Positions 61,725-64,000 of a stretch of DNA of 64,000 nucleotides are shown here, in pieces (within the stretch, counting starts at the first letter, position 1; every line of letters starts with the position of its first letter). This DNA comes from Vicugna vicugna. Taxonomy: Eukaryota. The notes below the pieces were generated by a model. The model searched no databases, was not told the origin of the DNA, and saw only the letters and a program-made list of their open reading frames with translations. The translations under genes were made by a program, and so were the position numbers. Location of the stretch: positions 1,191,061 through 1,255,060 of the forward strand of contig MU058423.1 in the NCBI GenBank assembly GCA_013265495.1, in the 5' to 3' direction.

Positions 61725-62610
61725 TGAACCTGAATCTGTTACTTCTACACTCAAAGCACTCAAAAGTTTTCCATCACATGCAAATTAAAGACGAAATGCC
61801 TTTGGCCTGTACTCAAGACCATACAAAAGCGAAGCCTTACCTATCAAGGCAGCCGTTCCACTACTTTCTGATCTGAAGCATAGACTCCATCAAGTGCTCA
61901 CAACTTCTCATAACTTCCTTCCTCTTTTCTTTTGATGATACCACCTGAAGTACCCCTCCTCTCCTTTGTGCTTATTTGAATTTTTGACAGACCTGGATTA
62001 ATTGCTATCTCCTCCAAAAAGTTTTCCTGGGTGCCTAATCTACAGTGATTTCTCTTTTAATCCCCTAGTATTTACCTGTGCACCTATCCCAATTTTTATG
62101 TCCTGATCATTGCATAAGCACTGGAAAAACAGCCCAATGTGCAGGAGCAGAGAGAGAGGTAAGAGCTTGGCATGTCTGGGGACTGGCAGACAGTGGTCAC
62201 ATGGGACCGCAGCCCTTATGTGGGTTATATTTATAAAACAGTTTCTAGACCTCTCTTCCCATTTAACTATTTCTCGTGATGTCATCACTGGTCACATATC
62301 ATTAATTTATTCATAAAAATTAATTAAAATCTCATGTGTAAATAAAAGCTTTCCTTATTCCTGATGTCTTTTTTCCTTTCCTCTGTCTGCCCTCCCACTG
62401 CCCGTGAAGAGATAATTACAGCACTTTGTAGCTCTGATCGTGCTTACACAGTGCATTTTATTTTACCCATTTTGTACGTGTGTGCCTCCCTAACTGGATT
62501 ATGACCTCCTAGAGGGAAGAGACTACTATTTTTCTCTTTAAATCCCCAGATCTTAGATGTCTTGCAGATAACAAGTGCTTAGCAAATATCTGTTGCACTA
62601 CCAAATTAAT
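61725..62610. mobile_element. Degraded L2 fragments between the two pseudogenes
   Basis: L2 3'-like text such as 'ctggattatgacctcctagagggaagagact...aacaagtgcttagcaaatatctgttg'. Confidence 0.5.
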
Positions 62611-63112
62611 GTTAATACAAGGGAGATAAATGCCGTTACAGTGAAATCTGCCTGAGAGAGTCATTGCTGTTATGGACAAAGCTACTCATTTGTGATACTT
62701 GTGGCACTGGAGATGTGAGTTTTTGAAACACATGCTATAGCAACCACATTTCCTTACCTTCTGCACAGAGTTTGCCCTGATTCTCTCAAGGAAGGACAGA
62801 AGACTTTCTTTCCAGCCCAGTGGGAGTCACAGAAGATAACACACTCCCTGGAGATACCCAGGAGGCCACATTAGTGGGGACATATGGATATTTACTTGAC
62901 ATCATGGGTCTCCACTGATACCATTTCTTGCTCTTAAATTGTAAGAAAATGGCTTTATTCCTTTGATAACTATGTAAGTTTAAAAAGCTAAAGCTCTAAT
63001 CTGTTCTTAGAAACAATAATTAGTATGTATATGTAAACTTAAAAAAAAAAAAAAAGAAAAAGGAAAAGAAAATGCCTCCAGGATCTTGATGGCTCAAAAT
63101 CTCTTGTTCCAG

Positions 63113-63586
63113 GCTCCTTGATTTCATCAGCGTGATGACCTATGACTTCCATAGTGGCTGGGACACATGTACAGGACACAGTAGTCCCCTGCACGCAAGA
63201 TCCAAGGATCAAGGTGACATGAACTATCTCAATTGTATAAGAAAGAAAAGACTCAAGTCATATGCAGAGGGGAGATGGGAAGGGATTGGGGAGAGCCTTG
63301 GCTGTTGGGAAAGGGGCTTTCTCTTTAGGGGACAACTAGCTAGACTTTGTTAATCATATGGAACAGACGCTGGTGAGGAATAATGACTGTGTTGCCTTCT
63401 TCAGGAATACGCCATGAAGTACTGGAGAGACAATGGGGTCCCTTCGGGGAAGCTCTCATGGGGTTCCCCTCCTATGGGAGGACTTTCCGGCTCAGCACTT
63501 CTGACACTAGAGTCCGTGCCCCAGTCTCTGGGGCAGGGTCATCTGGTCTTTACACGTGTGAGGCTGGCTTCTGGGCTTACTATGAG
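63113..63586 (+). pseudogene. GH18 chitinase-family (CHIA-paralog-like) pseudogene fragment, two exons homologous to OVGP1 exons 7 and 8
   Basis: 63113-63236 LLDFISVMTYDFHSGWDTCTGHSSPLHARSKDQGDMNYLNC is followed by ATAAGA where a GT donor is expected. 63405-63586 EYAMKYWRDNGVPSGKL/(1-nt deletion near 63455)/MGFPSYGRTFRLSTSDTRVRAPVSGAGSSGLYTCEAGFWAYYE|GTAAGC. The gene probably continues beyond the window. Confidence 0.88.
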
Positions 63587-64000
63587 GTAAGCAGTGTGGC
63601 CAGTTCAGTCTAAAATACACTGTGGAAACTCTTCCAGTCTCCAAGTCATCTTGCTACCCTTATACTCCTGAGATCCTATATCCTGGCTCTCACAGCTCTG
63701 ACAGCTCTGAGCACAGCAGCCTGGGGAAAGGCAAGTTGATGGCTACGAAACATTTTTCACTTAAAAAAAGATCAATCTGAATTTCCTTTTTGGATTTTGA
63801 AGTGTATGGCATCAACTTTCCTACAGCCCAAAGCAATACTGAATTCTATTACTTTCATGTAAATAGATGGAGAAAGATTTCAACAGACTAGCCTGAGGAT
63901 GATAAATAATTTGATCTCCTTTCCAACCTGAATTGATTGAATTTACTCAAATTCTACGCTGAAAATACAAAGAATGATTAGCAGTATTTGCCAAAGATGT

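Overview
Mammalian (eutherian) genomic DNA, syntenic with the human 1p13 ATP5PB-WDR77-OVGP1-pepsinogen/chitinase cluster. It contains three intact spliced genes whose exons I reconstructed by hand with GT-AG boundaries and continuous frames: ATP5PB (minus strand, 7 exons, 256 aa), WDR77/MEP50 (plus, 10 exons, 342 aa) and OVGP1/oviductin (plus, 11 exons, 544 aa). ATP5PB and WDR77 are head-to-head on a CpG-island promoter. Downstream are two decayed genes: a pepsinogen B-like pseudogene (exons 1-4 plus a probable exon-5 stub; three frameshifts, DTG->DMG) and two orphan exons of a GH18 chitinase-family pseudogene (splice-donor loss and a frameshift). The missing 3' half of the first and 5' half of the second suggest one deletion joined them. 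Other points of interest are a fossil of the human-type OVGP1 C-terminal tail in the 3' UTR, an L1 insertion with a ~79-bp flanking duplication, two 5'-inverted L1s (one nested), and a solo LTR with a CCAAT/octamer array. I recognised no Alu, B1, Bov-A, PRE-1 or CAN SINEs; with the OVGP1 sequence this suggests a non-ruminant cetartiodactyl such as a camelid (inference only). I found no evidence of a wholly new biological system. Comparisons with other species are from memory, and repeat family names and boundaries are approximate.
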